The notes below the pieces were generated by a model that was given only the letters and a program-made list of their open reading frames with translations, did no database searches and was not told the origin of the DNA. Below are positions 62,613 through 64,000 of a DNA stretch of 64,000 nt, in pieces; the stretch's first letter is position 1, and each line of letters starts with the position of its first letter. This stretch comes from Octopus sinensis (Eukaryota): contig NC_043005.1 of assembly GCF_006345805.1 (NCBI RefSeq), forward strand, positions 14,012,001-14,076,000. The letters run 5' to 3'. The position numbers and the translations under genes are program-made.

Positions 62613-64000
62613 AGCTATCTCAGAATCCTTTGTACAAATGAATCAAGTGTATTATGAACATATATTCTTCACAAGGGAGTTGTTCTGTGAGAAAACACAA
62701 CAGTGATTAGTATATTCACATTTTAATCTACTGGAATGTATTAAGAATACATATGCAAGCTATCATTTTGATGTTTGCTGTTCATTGTTAATATGACAAT
62801 TTATAAATAAATTTCATGTAATTAAACTAAAATTTATGAAACCCAATTTCAGACACGTTCTCTTTCAAGGTTATGCCCTCAAAATTGTTTTTATTGCAAG
62901 TTTAGAAATGCATTCTTATAACATTAACTATGAGAATAATTTAGAAGAGAATGGATATAGCACACACAATTACTATGAGCTTGATATGATTAATAGCCTG
63001 ATGAATATAAAAGCAAATAGTAGCTAAATCCATTGCGAGAACCAAGCAGGCTATTTAGTTATGGCAGGGGAGACAACTTTCGGAATTAGTTTGCTAATAT
63101 GGTGACAATTCTGGATACCAAACTGCTTGAGACAGCGCCTGGTTCAATGAACAAACTTCATATTTTAAAGTGATCTAAACTAAAACCTGCCATCAAAATT
63201 TCATATTAATATATGCTGTAAGCGGCAGCTTGGCTATTTTCCCAAATTCTTCATTTAAAAACTTAACAGAAATAAAAGCAATGTATTTTGACAGAAATAA
63301 GGAAACAAAAGTGTTAAGGCATATTAGACGTTGTCAGTGAAAGATAAATCTACCAATGACTGCTGGACCTTAGATGACTACAGAAGAAGTATACAAGATT
63401 TGGGTGTTATATGAATGAGTAAAGAGAAATGTAGAAAAGTACCTAGAGACGCCTGCTGCGTGAAACACAAATAGTAAAGTGAGATTCAACATAATTAAAA
63501 TAGTGAACCAAGAAATTTTAATTGAATTCACAACTGGAGTGAGAACAATGCTTGATTTAAACTGTTTATCCAACAATAGGTTACAAGCCCCCCCACTCGG
63601 AGGTTAGTAAGATATCCAATAATAAATAGAAAAAAAAAACACAATTGCTCAAATTTTTTAAATTGCTTACAATGATCTTTATGGACTTTTTTTTAAAAAA
63701 AAAAACCGAAAAATTCTTTGACAGAAACAGATTCCATATAATTTTTTTTTTCTTATACAAAACATCAAAATATATAAAAAAAAAAATCAGTTTTATTTAT
63801 ATATTTATTTATTTATTTTTATTTTTCCGCAGCAAAATTTGTTTTAAGAACAATATAAACCATACTGAATTTTTTTTTTTCCATTATCATGTACATTATG
63901 AGTCTCTTGACCATTATTTTTGTTAAAATATCTACATGTTTAAGAAATAGCAAAGCTATTTGAAAAGACAATAAAAATGCACACCAAGTACCATTATTAC

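Overview
Eukaryotic, AT-rich, repeat-saturated intergenic or intronic DNA with one 100-N scaffold gap (18680-18779). I found no supportable intact host gene, rRNA, true tRNA or CRISPR array. The SINE families and very large (TACA)n/(TA)n/(TAA)n microsatellites look like an octopus (coleoid cephalopod) genome; this is pattern recognition, not a search. All family labels (A-H, X, Y, T1-T3) are my own working names. Contents: tRNA-headed SINEs whose heads and tails occur in mixed combinations; decayed non-LTR retrotransposons (Tx1/L1, RTE, CR1-type, R4/Dong); a Gypsy remnant; DNA transposons (Tc1, mariner, pogo-like, Merlin-like, a Ginger-like fold-back, Helitrons). Most long ORFs in the track are microsatellite artefacts. 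Main leads: (1) a tRNA-headed element with a Penelope-type hammerhead-like motif; (2) an end-intact, RT-less Tx1 derivative, with both Tx1 copies sitting in (ATT)n tracts; (3) two SINE/LINE pairs sharing 3' tails inside this window; (4) a head x tail SINE matrix; (5) an RTE deletion series down to a ~345-bp 5'+3' mini-element; (6) SINE C1 multimers with a recurrent junction.
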